64,000 nt of DNA from Obrimoposthia wandeli. Lineage: Eukaryota. The notes beneath the pieces are model-generated. The model saw only the letters and a program-made list of their open reading frames with translations. It ran no database searches and was not told the origin of the DNA. The position numbers and the translations under genes are program-made. The stretch covers positions 124,001 to 188,000 of the forward strand of contig CDROCS010005134.1 in assembly GCA_977020255.1 (NCBI GenBank), read 5' to 3'. Of this stretch, positions 63,725 through 64,000 are shown in pieces. Position 1 is the stretch's first letter. Each line of letters starts with the position of its first letter.

Positions 63725-64000
63725 ATGCATTCATATCAAAGACAATTATCAACGATGGACGATAGCCAACGGGTATTAAGCGATGACGAAGAAATGTTTG
63801 AAGAATCGGATAAGGAAATGTATGAAGAAGTGAAACAATATTTCAAATACAAAGTCAGATTCTTGAAGAAGGCTCAACTGATTGCTTTAGTAAATCATGT
63901 GACAATTGAAAGAAGAAAGTTCAGCTACTATCTCATAGGTATTCAAAAACCTGATTTTCAATATCTTAAACAGAAAATAGAAAAGGCAGTTCCAAATTTT
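63725..64000 (+). CDS. hypothetical protein, partial (runs off window)
   Basis: MHSYQRQLSTMDDSQRVLSDDEEMFEESDKEMYEEVKQYFKYKVRF... is open for 92 codons to the end. Not in the ORF track. Confidence 0.7.
   Translation, partial: MHSYQRQLSTMDDSQRVLSDDEEMFEESDKEMYEEVKQYFKYKVRFLKKAQLIALVNHVTIERRKFSYYLIGIQKPDFQYLKQKIEKAVPNF

Larger units (their letters stand above)
49608..64000. mobile_element. Polinton/Maverick (adintovirus-like) element, right end outside window
   Basis: The left TIR AGTAGGTGG... is followed by the canonical gene set: pPolB, protease, MCP, minor capsid, rve-type integrase and packaging ATPase. At least 7 nonsense codons and 2 frameshifts indicate a decaying copy. Confidence 0.97.

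Noticed and set aside
1-64000. tRNA, rRNA or snRNA genes
   Set aside because: None were recognised by eye. tRNAscan-SE or Infernal would be needed to exclude them.

Overview
This is AT-rich metazoan genomic DNA. The evidence is two spliced cadherin-repeat exons, and 35-47 nt introns that suggest a compact-intron host such as a flatworm (inference). Positions 1-49 kb are mostly a transposon graveyard: Merlin, Tc1/mariner, MULE, hAT, Chapaev, pogo and Ty3/Gypsy remnants. That stretch also holds a 5'-truncated Polinton/Maverick remnant (~15290-17040) with a pPolB C-terminus, GC hairpins, a 46-bp array, a fold-back and a right TIR. From 49608 to the window end lies a second, nearly full-length but decaying Polinton/Maverick (adintovirus-like). 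It carries a left TIR, pPolB, adenain-like protease, major and minor capsid proteins, putative core proteins, a chromodomain integrase and a packaging ATPase. Manual reading shows features the ORF track misses. (1) An intron-containing TATA-binding-protein-like gene. (2) A four-exon Cys/His plus acidic Trp-repeat gene behind a tandem CCAAT/GATA repeat and TATA box. (3) An intron in the protease gene. (4) A divergent TATA/triple-CCAAT promoter. Together these suggest an element-encoded transcription-control module; this is inference. All alignments were done by eye and no database searches were run.
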